64,000 bases of DNA from an uncultured bacterium. Lineage in GTDB: Bacteria > Patescibacteriota > Minisyncoccia > Phycocordibacterales > UBA9973. Shown in pieces: positions 49,102 to 59,867 of the stretch. The stretch spans positions 12,570 to 76,569 of the forward strand of contig CALCZP010000004.1 in NCBI GenBank assembly GCA_937903035.1. The letters are read 5' to 3'. A program made the position numbers and the translations under genes. Position 1 is the first letter of the stretch. Each line of letters starts with the position of its first letter. The notes below the pieces were generated by a model. The model was not told where the DNA came from. It saw nothing but the letters and a program-made list of their open reading frames with translations, and did not search any database.

Positions 49102-49144
49102 AGCTAGCTCGAGAAGCGTTATTTCAACGCGTCTCGTGCTAGCT
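49102..49144. repeat. Imperfect palindrome containing the CTCGAGAAGCGT site
   Basis: 19-bp arms (17/19 match) around ATTTC. Confidence 0.75.
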
Positions 49145-49152
49145 GTCAATTG

Positions 49153-49223
49153 CTGGGGAACTAGGACTCGAACCTAGATAAACGGAACCAAAATCCGTTG
49201 TCCTACCATTAGACGATTCCCCA
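49153..49223 (-). tRNA. tRNA-Gln(UUG)
   Basis: TGGGGAA/TTCCCCA acceptor stem, loop TTTTGGT, GTTCGAGTC; CCA not encoded. Confidence 0.95.
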
Positions 49224-49274
49224 ATATTGTGCCCTGCAGTTATACCATGACAGGTGTTTTTTTTGAAGAGTTTT

Positions 49275-50318
49275 TTATTTCTTCCCTTCTATCCCGAGCA
49301 TGTCGATAAATGCGAGCTCGAGTGCGAGTGTCGGCACTGCAGCATAGGCAATACGCTCGATCGCCGTGATCACCGCAACAATACCGCGTGATGAGATGGC
49401 TTCTGTACTCTCCACTGCTCCCCGCTTGATGATCTCCATGTACTGCTCAGAGTATTCAGCTTCGATATCGGCACGCTTGTTCGGCGCATAGCGATACATG
49501 AGCGAGCGACGCATCGTATCGAGAAAGAGCTGCGCCAGGAGCATCATGTCGGTATGGTGCGCCTCAGCACGAGCAAGCGTCGTATAGATCGCATCCATGT
49601 CGCACTCAATGAGCGCAGTATAGAGCTCATGAATCACCTGGAGTGATGGCGCACCGGTGATACTCTCAATGAGCTCACGAGTAATCACGCGCCCTTTTGC
49701 AGCAGAGAGTACCTTTTGCAAAATACTGAACGAATCACGAAACGATCCATCGCCGAGAAATGCCACGAGTGCGGCACTCTCCTTGTCGATCACCACATGC
49801 TCACGCTCCGCAATGCTTTCGATGATACTTGCGAGGACTTTCTCATTTGGCTTGCGAAACGAAAATACTTGGCAACGAGAGAGGATCGTATCAGGCACCT
49901 TGTCGAGCTCAGTCGTTGCAAGCACAAAGATCACATGAGCCGGTGGCTCCTCAATGGTCTTGAGAAGTGCATTGAATGCATGTGATGAGAGCATGTGCAC
50001 CTCGTCGATGATGTAGACCTTGAAGCGTGATGAAAATGGGAGTACACGCACGCTCTGTCGGATCTCATCGACATCAGCCACCTGACGGTTTGATGCGGCA
50101 TCGATCTCAATAATGTCCTCAGGGTTCGTACCGAGCGCACGGGCAAAGATGCGAGCGACTGAAGTCTTGCCCGTACCACGACTGCCTGTAAAGAGGTATG
50201 CATGGGAGAATGTACCACTTTCGATTGACTGAGAGAGTGCCGAGACAATGTGCTCTTGCCCCACCACTTCATTCCACTCACTCGGGCGATATTTGCGGTA
50301 CAAGACTTGGCTTTCCAT
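49275..50318 (-). CDS. dnaX: DNA polymerase III gamma/tau
   Basis: LYRKYRP, GSRGTGKT, EIDAASN, DEVHML. Confidence 0.95.
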   Translation of the reverse strand: MESQVLYRKYRPSEWNEVVGQEHIVSALSQSIESGTFSHAYLFTGSRGTGKTSVARIFARALGTNPEDIIEIDAASNRQVADVDEIRQSVRVLPFSSRFKVYIIDEVHMLSSHAFNALLKTIEEPPAHVIFVLATTELDKVPDTILSRCQVFSFRKPNEKVLASIIESIAEREHVVIDKESAALVAFLGDGSFRDSFSILQKVLSAAKGRVITRELIESITGAPSLQVIHELYTALIECDMDAIYTTLARAEAHHTDMMLLAQLFLDTMRRSLMYRYAPNKRADIEAEYSEQYMEIIKRGAVESTEAISSRGIVAVITAIERIAYAAVPTLALELAFIDMLGIEGKK

Positions 50319-50382
50319 GACGACATTGTAGCAGACATGCCCAAAAGAAAAAGCCTGCACGGTGTGCAAGGCTTTAGGGTTT

Positions 50383-50817
50383 TTAATGTGGAGTAAACGT
50401 GAATAAAAAGTTATCATCTTTCACTTGCTCAACAACTATTTCAGCTTTTGTATTCCAAATAGCAGATATTTGAGCACATATCCGAGCTAACTCATTGAGT
50501 GAATACTGACTGATGAGTACTTCTTTTTGTACCAAAAAGGTGCTTTGCTGGGCAGCTTTTTCTCCATTGAATACTAATGTTGCATCAAGTAATGCATACA
50601 GAAGTGTCTTTGTATGTTGTACGGGCAGGATCAATAAACGCCTCGCATCATCAGCATTTTCTTGAGATGGAGGAATTAGAAGTGATTTGTAAATCGGCTC
50701 TAGATACTGCATTCGCTGAGCCTCAAATGCGGAGCTAGTCTTATTAACTGCATATACAGTTTTTGAAAAGGGTCCATAAAGGCGGCTCGTACCTTCGGTA
50801 AGAAGAATTTTTTTCAT
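50383..50817 (-). CDS. Hypothetical protein
   Basis: AT-rich ORF with a TTGACA promoter and a downstream hairpin. Confidence 0.55.
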   Translation of the reverse strand: MKKILLTEGTSRLYGPFSKTVYAVNKTSSAFEAQRMQYLEPIYKSLLIPPSQENADDARRLLILPVQHTKTLLYALLDATLVFNGEKAAQQSTFLVQKEVLISQYSLNELARICAQISAIWNTKAEIVVEQVKDDNFLFTFTPH

Positions 50818-50852
50818 GGTACTTAGTTTTTCAACAAAATACCATTTGATAA

Positions 50853-51929
50853 CTAACTTGTCAAAAATTGTACTACAATCCCCTCAACTTCACCTGCATC
50901 CTTTGCTTCCATGAGCTCCATACGAAGTTCCTTTGCACCGCGGAAGCCCGTGCAGTATGCCTTGTAGTGTTTTTTCATAATGGCAAATGACTTGATATCA
51001 CCGAGCAAGTCCTCAAAGAGTTTCGTATGTTCTACCATTACCGTGAGTCGCTCCTCGATCGTGATCGGACGCGCAGCAGATTGTGCGAGCGTGCGCTTAC
51101 TCGTCCCAAAGATATGTTTCAAAAAGGTACTGCGGATCCATCGTGGTTGCTTGCGCGGAATACTTGCCACCACTTCACGCGACGCATCAAAAAACCATGG
51201 ATTACCAAACAGTGCTCGTCCTACCATCACGCCGTCAGCCCCACTCTCTACTGCTTTTTGTTTCCCATCAGCAAGCGACGTCACATCACCGTTGCCGATA
51301 ATGATCGTCTCTGGCGCAAGCTTGTCGCGGAGCTCGACGACGCGCTTAAGACGAGACCAGTCAGCAGGTACTGCGGAGAGTTCTTTGCGGGTGCGTACAT
51401 GCACACTGAGTGCAGCAATTCCTGCAGAGAGTAGTAGCGGGATCCATTTTTCTATTTGTACCGTCTGATACCCAACGCGTGTTTTCACCGAAAGCGGAAT
51501 ATCACGACCTGATGCCTGGATACCACGTTTTGCAGCGGCAATCACTGCCAATGCAACATCAGGTGTCTTGATCATTGCGGCACCTGCGCCCTGCTTCTCA
51601 ATAGTCTTGTCAGGACATCCCATGTTGATGTCGATACCATCAAAGCCGAGCTCGGCCGCGAGCTTACACGCGCCTTCCATATTTGTGGGATCAGCAGAAA
51701 AAAGTTGCGCGACAATCGGTCGCTCTGCTTCAGAAAACACCAAGTCACGCGCGAGTATCTCCCGCCCCTTGCTCATGAGTCCATTTGCAGACACAAACTC
51801 CGTCCATATGACATCAGGCTTGCCATGACGAGCAATGAGTGCGCGAAATGCAGGATCAGTCACATCTGCCATCGGTGCGACGACAAAGAATGGCTTTTTA
51901 GTTGATTTGAGTTGTTGCCAGAAGTTCAT
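50853..51929 (-). CDS. tRNA-dihydrouridine synthase
   Basis: APMADVTD, DINMGCP, SVKTRVG, GNGD, VMVGR. Confidence 0.93.
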   Translation of the reverse strand: MNFWQQLKSTKKPFFVVAPMADVTDPAFRALIARHGKPDVIWTEFVSANGLMSKGREILARDLVFSEAERPIVAQLFSADPTNMEGACKLAAELGFDGIDINMGCPDKTIEKQGAGAAMIKTPDVALAVIAAAKRGIQASGRDIPLSVKTRVGYQTVQIEKWIPLLLSAGIAALSVHVRTRKELSAVPADWSRLKRVVELRDKLAPETIIIGNGDVTSLADGKQKAVESGADGVMVGRALFGNPWFFDASREVVASIPRKQPRWIRSTFLKHIFGTSKRTLAQSAARPITIEERLTVMVEHTKLFEDLLGDIKSFAIMKKHYKAYCTGFRGAKELRMELMEAKDAGEVEGIVVQFLTS

Positions 51930-52747
51930 TAGTCGAATTTATACACTACTTTGTTCTCAAAGCGAAGGTCGATATAGCGGAGCACACTCGCTGAGTGATA
52001 CATCGTCTCCAAAGGATCAGTACGGAGCGCACTAAAGAGCGCCTCGAGCGTCGTATCAGCATCATGCAAGGGATCGATCATGAGCTTTGCTTCGTTGGCT
52101 TGATGCATAAACACAATATCAAGCTCACGCTCCGATACAAAGTGAAATGCAATCGGATCAATCGAAATATCACGCAAGTGATCGATATATGTTTGTATGA
52201 GCATTAGTTGATCTAGTGTGATAGGTACAAACGGAAGCTCACCGCGAGTACCGATAGAGATTTTCACATATGCATTCCCCGAGAAGTACGGCGCCTGCGC
52301 AAATACTGATCCACGCTCATCCATAAAGAAACACTGCTCATCACACCAGAGATATTTACCTTCGTATTCTGCAACAGAGACCATGAGCTTGGTCGCACCA
52401 TCACGCGTGACCGATACTTGCTTGAACCTTGGAAACATTTCCTTGATGCGAGACGCGAGCATATCACTATCAAGGAGCAGCATGCTTTTCTTGGGAAATA
52501 GTTTCAAATGATTGCCTTCGAGTAAGCTCGCCGCATAGAGTCTAACTTCTTCGGGATCAGCGACATTTGCACCAACAACTTCAATGGTCTGCACTTGAAG
52601 CTTGGGGGTACGAGTCAGCATCACAAAGCCTACAATCACTGCAATAATACTGAGTATGATGACCAAACGCTTCAAGGGAAACTTCTTTGGATCAGGTTTC
52701 GATGCGTCTGACTTGAGAACGCGTGATTGATACGTGCGTTCGTACAT
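51929..52747 (-). CDS. FtsQ/DivIB-like cell division protein
   Basis: TM plus POTRA-like region, C-terminal YIDLRF. Confidence 0.8.
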   Translation of the reverse strand: MYERTYQSRVLKSDASKPDPKKFPLKRLVIILSIIAVIVGFVMLTRTPKLQVQTIEVVGANVADPEEVRLYAASLLEGNHLKLFPKKSMLLLDSDMLASRIKEMFPRFKQVSVTRDGATKLMVSVAEYEGKYLWCDEQCFFMDERGSVFAQAPYFSGNAYVKISIGTRGELPFVPITLDQLMLIQTYIDHLRDISIDPIAFHFVSERELDIVFMHQANEAKLMIDPLHDADTTLEALFSALRTDPLETMYHSASVLRYIDLRFENKVVYKFD

Positions 52748-52752
52748 ACGTA

Positions 52753-54018
52753 TTATCCGAGATAGTCCTTACCGATATAGGGCTTGAGCACATCAGGTAC
52801 TTTGATACGACCATCTGCCTGTTGGAAATTCTCGATGATCGCAGGAATGATACGTGACGGTGTTGCAACAAGCGTGTTGTTGAGTGAGTGCGCATAGCGG
52901 AGCTTGCCTTCGGCATCCTTGTACCGAATGTTGAGACGTCGTGTTTGAAAATCATGAAAGTATGACGCTGAATGTGTCTCACGGAATTTACCTTGTGACG
53001 GCATCCATACTTCGATGTCGTATTTCTTGACCTGCCCGAGACCAAGGTCACCACCGCAGTTCACCACAATATGATAGTGCAGACCGAGTGCCTGAAGGAG
53101 CTCCTCGACATTCGTCGTGATTTCTTCATGGAGTGCAACAGAAGCTTCATGACTTGCTTCACAGAGTACAACTTGTTCGAGTTTGTAGAACTCATGCACA
53201 CGGATCAAGCCCTTCACATCCTTGCCATGGCTTCCCGCTTCACGACGGAAACATGGTGAAAATGCTACGTACTTTTTTGGGAGATCACTGACTGAAAGCA
53301 CCTCATCAGAATGATATGACATGGTCGCGACTTCACCAGTACCTGCGAGGTAGTCATCGTCTTGTGTTTTATACAAATCCTCCTCACCTTGTGGTAAGTA
53401 ACCTGTACCGTAGAGTGTGTTCTTGGTGACAAGTGACGGTACAACAAGTGGCGCAAATCCTTTTGCAACGATTGCTTGCATAAAGTACTGCCAGAGTGCG
53501 AACTGGAGAAGTACTGCATCATTTTTTAAAAAGTATCCACGAAAACCTGCAACTTTGGTTCCACGATCAAAGTCCACCATATCACGCGCTTCCATGAGCT
53601 CAGTATGATCCTTTACTGGGAAATCAAATGTTGGTTGTTCACCCCATACACGATACTCAAGATTTTCTTCGTCACTCGCACCTTCAGGAACTGAAATATC
53701 AGGTACGTTTGGTACCTGAAGCATCATGAGCTGCCATTCGCGGGTGATGGTTTTCACCAACTCTTCTTTTGCCTGAACTTCTTCTTTGATCGGCTTGAGA
53801 TCTTCGATGAGCTTGGTGCGAGTCTCGACATCAGGCGCCTTTGGAATCTCATCAGAGAGACGGTTTTGCTCAGCACGGATGGTCTCAAATGCCGTCAGTG
53901 CTTCACGACGCTTCTCTTCGAGTGCAAGGAGTGCATCCACATCAAAGGTAATATGTTTTTTGGCAGCGGCCGCCTTGATAAGCTCAGGATTTTCTTTGAT
54001 GAATTTGATATCTAACAT
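52753..54018 (-). CDS. serS: Serine--tRNA ligase
   Basis: MLDIKFI, FRREAGS, GLIRVHEF, YDIEVWMP. Confidence 0.97.
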   Translation of the reverse strand: MLDIKFIKENPELIKAAAAKKHITFDVDALLALEEKRREALTAFETIRAEQNRLSDEIPKAPDVETRTKLIEDLKPIKEEVQAKEELVKTITREWQLMMLQVPNVPDISVPEGASDEENLEYRVWGEQPTFDFPVKDHTELMEARDMVDFDRGTKVAGFRGYFLKNDAVLLQFALWQYFMQAIVAKGFAPLVVPSLVTKNTLYGTGYLPQGEEDLYKTQDDDYLAGTGEVATMSYHSDEVLSVSDLPKKYVAFSPCFRREAGSHGKDVKGLIRVHEFYKLEQVVLCEASHEASVALHEEITTNVEELLQALGLHYHIVVNCGGDLGLGQVKKYDIEVWMPSQGKFRETHSASYFHDFQTRRLNIRYKDAEGKLRYAHSLNNTLVATPSRIIPAIIENFQQADGRIKVPDVLKPYIGKDYLG

Positions 54019-54096
54019 GTAGGAGCACTATAGCGCATTTTTTGACTTTTTTGAATATTTATCTTTTCTTGAGGGTTGGCACCATACAATATATAC

Positions 54097-54966
54097 ATGG
54101 AAGACTACCCGATCCGAGAACTGCACCCTCTTGAGGCATTTCCATCCCTTGCTGAAATCCCCGACCAACCCAAGGTGCTCCATATCCGCGGATCACTCGA
54201 TCGTATGCAGGGCACCAAGTACGTGACCGTCGTCGGTAGTCGCAAATGTACAAGCTATGGCAGAAATGTCTGCCAATCATTGATTGCTGGACTTGCAGGA
54301 TATCCAGTCACTATTGTTTCAGGTCTTGCACTGGGCATTGATGGCATTGCACATCAAGCAGCGATTGATGCAGGACTTCCAACCATCGCATTTCCCGGAT
54401 CAGGACTTAATGCAAACGTGCTCTATCCCGCGAGTCATCATGGTCTCGCACGCAGCATACTCGAACACGGTGGTGCACTCATTAGTGAATACGACAATGA
54501 TATGATTGCAACGCCGTGGACTTTCCCGAGACGCAACAGACTCGAGGCAGGTATTTCAGATATCACCATTATTATTGAGGCACAAGAAAAGTCGGGCACC
54601 CTCATCACCGCGCGATTGGGCACCGAGTACAACAAGATCGTCGGCGCCGTGCCTGGACCTATTACGTCGGACACCTCGCGGGGTACTAACTGGCTTCTGA
54701 AACTTGGGGCAGTACCAATCACTGATTCTACAGATATTTTGCGCGAGCTCAATCTTGCGGAGAAACTCACGAGTGATATATCGAGCTATCTGATGCTCAA
54801 TGCTGATGAAGAACGCGTAATCGCTATCTTAAATGAACCAAAAAGTCGAGAAGATATCATGCATGAACTTGAACTTGATGCATCATCTGCGAACATGCTG
54901 TTCTCTACACTTGAGATCAAAGGAGTCATACGAGAGACGCTCGGTTATATTGAGCGCATGCTCTAG
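54097..54966 (+). CDS. dprA: DNA-processing protein DprA
   Basis: VGSR..YG, VSGLALGID, FPRRNRL, SGTLITA. Confidence 0.95.
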   Translation: MEDYPIRELHPLEAFPSLAEIPDQPKVLHIRGSLDRMQGTKYVTVVGSRKCTSYGRNVCQSLIAGLAGYPVTIVSGLALGIDGIAHQAAIDAGLPTIAFPGSGLNANVLYPASHHGLARSILEHGGALISEYDNDMIATPWTFPRRNRLEAGISDITIIIEAQEKSGTLITARLGTEYNKIVGAVPGPITSDTSRGTNWLLKLGAVPITDSTDILRELNLAEKLTSDISSYLMLNADEERVIAILNEPKSREDIMHELELDASSANMLFSTLEIKGVIRETLGYIERML

Positions 54967-55013
54967 AAATTTGCCAAAGAATATTCCTCGTGGTACTACT
55001 GCATGAGCAAACT

Positions 55014-57224
55014 ATGAAATTACTTATTGTCGAGAGTCCCTCGAAAGCAAAAACAATCGAAAAATATTTGGACGGTGCATATACCGTACGCGCATCAGTC
55101 GGCCATATTCGCGATCTTCCAAAGTCAAACAAAAAAGCCATCGACATTCCAGGTGGCTTTATTCCTCATTATGAAATCGCCAAGGGTAAAAGTCATGTCG
55201 TGGACGAGTTGCAGCACCTTGCACACAGCGCCAAAGAAATCATGCTCGCAACTGACCCGGACCGAGAAGGAGAAGCCATCGCGTGGCACATTGAGGAAAT
55301 TCTCCATGCCGACAAAAAAGTCAAAGCACCAATCAAGCGTGTGACATTTAATGAGATCACCAAGGAGGCAGTGACCGAGGCATTAAAACATCCTCGTAAT
55401 ATCGATACAAATCTTCGTCGTGCACAAGAAGCACGCCGTGTCCTTGATCGCCTCGTGGGCTATGATCTCTCAGGTATTATCTGGCAGAAAGTCCGCTACG
55501 GCCTCTCAGCAGGTCGCGTACAATCCCCTGCGCTTCGCATTCTCATGGAGCGCGAGCGCGAAATCCGCGCATTTATTCCTGAGACCTACTGGGTACTTGA
55601 TGGACTCTTCAAGACCAAAAAAGGTGTCACTATCGGACTTGCTGCAACCGAAGAACCACGCGACAAAGCTGAGGTTGATCGTATTATCAATATCGCCAAG
55701 TCTGCTGACTGGATCGTGACTGAAGTAAAGACTAGTGAGCAAAAACGCTCACCACGTGCACCATTTACCACTTCAACGATTCAACAGACAGCGAGTACAC
55801 GTTTTGGCTTTTCGCCTGCACGCACCATGCAGATCGCACAAAAGTTGTATGAAGCCGGTCATATCACCTACATGCGTACTGACTCGACCACCATCTCCGC
55901 ACAGATCATGCCGATGATCGTCAAAACGATTGAAAAGAAATTTGGCAAGGAATTCGTGGAAGTTCGCACATACAAAACTAAGGCAAAAAACGCACAGGAA
56001 GCCCACGAAGCCATCCGTCCAACTCACCCAGAGAAAATCTCAGCAGGTACGACCGATGAACAAAAGAAACTCTACTCCTTGATTTGGGAGCGCACGATTG
56101 CATCACAAATGATCGATGCAAAGCTCATGAAAACACGCATTGCGGCAAATGTGACCAAGGGTACGATCCCTGACTTTGTCGCAAACGGCTCACGTGTCAT
56201 TGCACCAGGATGGCTCATGGCTGATATTGGCGCACGCGGCGAAGACATTGAACTCCCGGAAGTGCACGAACAAGACCCGCTCACCCTTGTTGAATTCAAA
56301 GACACTGAGAAACAAACCGAGCCACCAAATCGCTACTCCGAAGCAGGGCTCGTCAAAGAGCTTGAGGCACGAGGCATTGGTCGTCCTTCAACCTATGCAG
56401 CTATCATCTCAACACTTGAGGCACGAGGATATATTGAAAAGGTAAATCGCTCACTCCATCCGACTGATACCGGCGATGTTGTATCATCATTCCTTGAGGC
56501 ACACTTCATGAATTATATTTCCGACACCTTTACCGCAGAAATGGAAAATGAGCTCGATGATATTGCAAACGGTGATCGCGACTATACCAAAACGCTCAAG
56601 GAATTCTACACACCATTCCAAAAGGAAGTAAAGCAAAAAGAAAAGCTCGACAAAGCGACTACTCTTGAGAAAGCCGATGACAAATTCAAATGTCCGAAAT
56701 GTGGCGCAGGCATGATTGTAAAGCTTGGTCGCGGCGGCAAGTTTCTCTCATGCGATCGCTACCCTGACTGCGATGGCGCACTCACCATTGAAGGTCTTGA
56801 AATTAAAAAAGATGAACCAATTGGTATTGATCCTGAGAGTGGACTTCCGATCTTTGTGCTTATTGGACGTTTTGGCCCCTATGTACAGCTTGGGCTCAAA
56901 CCTGAAAAGACCGCGAAAGCAAAGAAAGGTGAAAAGAAAGAGAAGCCTCGCATGGCAAGTATTCCCAAAGAGATTGATCCAACGACCGTGACGGTGGCAA
57001 TGGCAACCAAATACCTCTCACTCCCGCGCGTACTGGGTATACACCCAGACAGTGGCAAAGAAGTCATGGCAAACATTGGACGCTTTGGTCCATATGTCGG
57101 ACATGACGGCAATTTCCGATCAATCAAAGCACCCCTTGATGTGTACACTATTACCCTAGATGAAGGACTCCATCTCCTCGCCCAAGAAAAGAAACCTCGT
57201 GGATTCCAGAAAAAGAAAGTCTAA
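55014..57224 (+). CDS. topA: DNA topoisomerase I
   Basis: IVESPSKAKTI, ATDPDREGE, ITYMRTD; Zn finger plus GRFGPY repeats. Confidence 0.97.
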   Translation: MKLLIVESPSKAKTIEKYLDGAYTVRASVGHIRDLPKSNKKAIDIPGGFIPHYEIAKGKSHVVDELQHLAHSAKEIMLATDPDREGEAIAWHIEEILHADKKVKAPIKRVTFNEITKEAVTEALKHPRNIDTNLRRAQEARRVLDRLVGYDLSGIIWQKVRYGLSAGRVQSPALRILMEREREIRAFIPETYWVLDGLFKTKKGVTIGLAATEEPRDKAEVDRIINIAKSADWIVTEVKTSEQKRSPRAPFTTSTIQQTASTRFGFSPARTMQIAQKLYEAGHITYMRTDSTTISAQIMPMIVKTIEKKFGKEFVEVRTYKTKAKNAQEAHEAIRPTHPEKISAGTTDEQKKLYSLIWERTIASQMIDAKLMKTRIAANVTKGTIPDFVANGSRVIAPGWLMADIGARGEDIELPEVHEQDPLTLVEFKDTEKQTEPPNRYSEAGLVKELEARGIGRPSTYAAIISTLEARGYIEKVNRSLHPTDTGDVVSSFLEAHFMNYISDTFTAEMENELDDIANGDRDYTKTLKEFYTPFQKEVKQKEKLDKATTLEKADDKFKCPKCGAGMIVKLGRGGKFLSCDRYPDCDGALTIEGLEIKKDEPIGIDPESGLPIFVLIGRFGPYVQLGLKPEKTAKAKKGEKKEKPRMASIPKEIDPTTVTVAMATKYLSLPRVLGIHPDSGKEVMANIGRFGPYVGHDGNFRSIKAPLDVYTITLDEGLHLLAQEKKPRGFQKKKV

Positions 57225-57238
57225 GGTATAGTGAGTCC

Positions 57239-58711
57239 ATGCACGACATTGCATCACTCACCAAGCTCATCACGTATCCTATTACTGATGATGACAAAAC
57301 ACGGATAGAAAGAGCGTACACCTTTGCAGAAGCAAAACACGCAGGTCAGAAACGAAACTCTGGTGAGGACTATTTTTTTCACGTACTTGAAGTCGCCAAA
57401 AACTGTGCAGTACTTGGCATGGATACCACAACAATTATCAGCGCACTCCTTCATGACACTCTTGAGGATACGGATGCAACTGAGGATGAGATGCTTGAAG
57501 CGTTTGGCGAGCAGGTAGTCTTTTTGGTCAAAGGGGTCACTAAACTTGGCAAGATTAAATACCGCGGACAAGAACGACATGTTGAAAGTATGCGTAAGCT
57601 CTTTGTTGCAACAGCGGAGGATTTGCGTGTACTTATCATCAAGCTCGCTGACCGTTTGCATAATGTCTCAACACTTGAACACGTTCGTCCTGACAAGCGC
57701 ACTCGTATCGCACTTGAAACAATCGAAGTGCATGCATCACTCGCCGGACGACTTGGTATGGGTAAACTCAAAGGAATGCTTGAGGATTATGCATTCCCCT
57801 ATGCTTTTCCAAAAGAATACGAACGAACAAAAGCATTCTTCACCGAACGATCACCAAAAGCACAAGAGACTGCCAGCAAGGCACACACTGAGCTCACCCA
57901 GACACTCAATGGCTTTACACTACCTAACATCGAGATCGATTCTCGAGTCAAGCATCTCTACAGCCTGTATCGCAAAATGCTCAAGTATGAAAAGCGCAAA
58001 GAGTCGACCGATCAGATCTATGATATCGTTGCACTTCGTGTACTCACTGACTCAGTTACCGACTGCTATCAAGTCCTTGGACTCGTTCATATGCTCTGGA
58101 AACCACTCCCTGGCCGTATCAAAGACTACATTGCCCTTCCTAAACCCAATGGCTACCAATCACTCCACACAACTGTTATAACCCCGACTGGTATTGTTGA
58201 GATACAAATCAGAACTCATGCGATGCACCAAGAAAGTGAAATCGGTATCGCAGCACATTTTGCGTACAAAGAAGCTGCCCACCCTCAAGCACATGCTCCA
58301 AAGAAAAAACTTCGATGGATTGATGACCTCAAAGAGTTCCATGGTGCAATTAAAAATCCCAACAAATTTCTTGATCAGCTTCGTACTGATCTGTTCAAGA
58401 ACCGTATCTTTGTCTTTACCCCAAAAGGCGATGTGATTGACCTCCCTGAGGATGCATCTCCAATCGACTTTGCATATGCAGTTCACTCAGATATCGGTAA
58501 CAGCGTGAGCTCCGCTCGTATTAATGGCAAAATAGCAGCGCTTGGCAGCGCTCTCAATAATGGCGATATCGTTGAAATCATCACGAGTAAAAATGCCAAG
58601 CCTTCGAGCAAATGGCTCGACTATGCACGCACTGGTATGGCCAAGCGTCGTATTCGCACCTATATTGCCGAGCACGGCGGTCTCCTCGAGAAGTTTCTGG
58701 CAAAAGAATAG
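57239..58711 (+). CDS. RelA/SpoT homolog (HD-synthetase-TGS, C-terminally short)
   Basis: LLHD, IKLADRLHN, KPNGYQSLHT, FTPKG, DFAYAVH. Confidence 0.93.
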   Translation: MHDIASLTKLITYPITDDDKTRIERAYTFAEAKHAGQKRNSGEDYFFHVLEVAKNCAVLGMDTTTIISALLHDTLEDTDATEDEMLEAFGEQVVFLVKGVTKLGKIKYRGQERHVESMRKLFVATAEDLRVLIIKLADRLHNVSTLEHVRPDKRTRIALETIEVHASLAGRLGMGKLKGMLEDYAFPYAFPKEYERTKAFFTERSPKAQETASKAHTELTQTLNGFTLPNIEIDSRVKHLYSLYRKMLKYEKRKESTDQIYDIVALRVLTDSVTDCYQVLGLVHMLWKPLPGRIKDYIALPKPNGYQSLHTTVITPTGIVEIQIRTHAMHQESEIGIAAHFAYKEAAHPQAHAPKKKLRWIDDLKEFHGAIKNPNKFLDQLRTDLFKNRIFVFTPKGDVIDLPEDASPIDFAYAVHSDIGNSVSSARINGKIAALGSALNNGDIVEIITSKNAKPSSKWLDYARTGMAKRRIRTYIAEHGGLLEKFLAKE

Positions 58712-58832
58712 CTCCACAAAAACACCATTCATATGACACGCATATTTTTCTGGTGAAAATTGCTATGCTCGCACCAGTCGCGCTTGTGCAATGTCATAGA
58801 ACTAGTATTTTTTATAGTGGGCTAGGGTAAAA

Positions 58833-59804
58833 TTACAGTGAGAAGTTTCTGATATTGTAGAGCTCATCGATCTCTTGATCAGCTTCTTTCACTTCTTCTT
58901 TACTTCGATCATCAAGTTCAACAACTGTCGGCTCCTCTGCCTGATCAGCAACAGTAGTACCAACAGCTGCAATCTGTGAACGTTCCTCTGCGAGTACCTT
59001 CATAATCGCCTGCAAATCTTCTGGCGTGAAGTAGTCAATCGTGATCTTACCACCAACTTCACGAGGTTCAATATGGACGCGAGTACCAAGTGACTCCTGG
59101 AGCTTTTGCTCGATCTCCATGAGTTCAGGTGTCGGCAAAAGATTCTGTTTTCTCACTTTCTCAACAGCAATACGGCGCGCGATACGCTCAGCTTCACGGA
59201 CACTGATCTTGCGGAACATGATTTCCTTGAACAATGTCTGCTGCTCTTCGGGACGACTCGAAAGCATCATGAGCGGACGTGTGTGGCCTTCGTTAATCTT
59301 GCCCATTGAGAGCGCATCAAGCATGTCCTGTGGGAGCATGAGGAGGCGAAGCGTGTTTGAAACAAATTCGCGGCTCTTCCCTACTTTTTGCCCAATCTGT
59401 GTATGGGTGAGCTTGAACTCCTCCACGAGCCGAGAGAATGCTCGTGCACGCTCGACGGCATTAATATCCTCACGCTGGAGGTTCTCAATGATCGCAAGCT
59501 CAAGCTTCATGAGGTTGTCATCACCCACACGAATGATTGCAGGCACCTGCGTGAGTCCTGCGAGCTTGGATGCACGGAGTCGTCGCTCCCCAGCAATGAG
59601 TTCATACTCGGTCGTGAGACCTCCGTCTTCGGTTACTTTTTCGAGACGAGACACCACAAGCGGCTGAAGTACTCCGTACTGGCGGATCGACTCTGCGAGA
59701 TCCTTGAGCGGACCTTCTTCAAACTCACGACGTGTCTGATACGGGTTTGGCGCAACGCGATCAACATCAATAAAGAAAATGGAGTTGGTATAGAGTTCGG
59801 ACAT
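58833..59804 (-). CDS. parB: ParB/Spo0J partition protein
   Basis: PNPYQ.R, AGERRLRA, ENLQREDIN. Confidence 0.93.
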   Translation of the reverse strand: MSELYTNSIFFIDVDRVAPNPYQTRREFEEGPLKDLAESIRQYGVLQPLVVSRLEKVTEDGGLTTEYELIAGERRLRASKLAGLTQVPAIIRVGDDNLMKLELAIIENLQREDINAVERARAFSRLVEEFKLTHTQIGQKVGKSREFVSNTLRLLMLPQDMLDALSMGKINEGHTRPLMMLSSRPEEQQTLFKEIMFRKISVREAERIARRIAVEKVRKQNLLPTPELMEIEQKLQESLGTRVHIEPREVGGKITIDYFTPEDLQAIMKVLAEERSQIAAVGTTVADQAEEPTVVELDDRSKEEVKEADQEIDELYNIRNFSL

Positions 59805-59867
59805 GGGATTAGTGTATCACATACCTTATTTGAAATAATCGTGGAAAAATGCCAATATACAGGCATT

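Larger units (their letters stand above)
43384..49144. mobile_element. Copper-resistance island adjacent to the tRNA-Gln 3' end
   Basis: AT-rich block next to a tRNA with an att-like palindrome; no integrase or terminal direct repeat found. Confidence 0.4.

Noticed and set aside
58685-58693. Extra CTCGAGAAG match
   Set aside because: It lies inside the rel coding sequence (LEK codons) and lacks the (G/C)GTC half.
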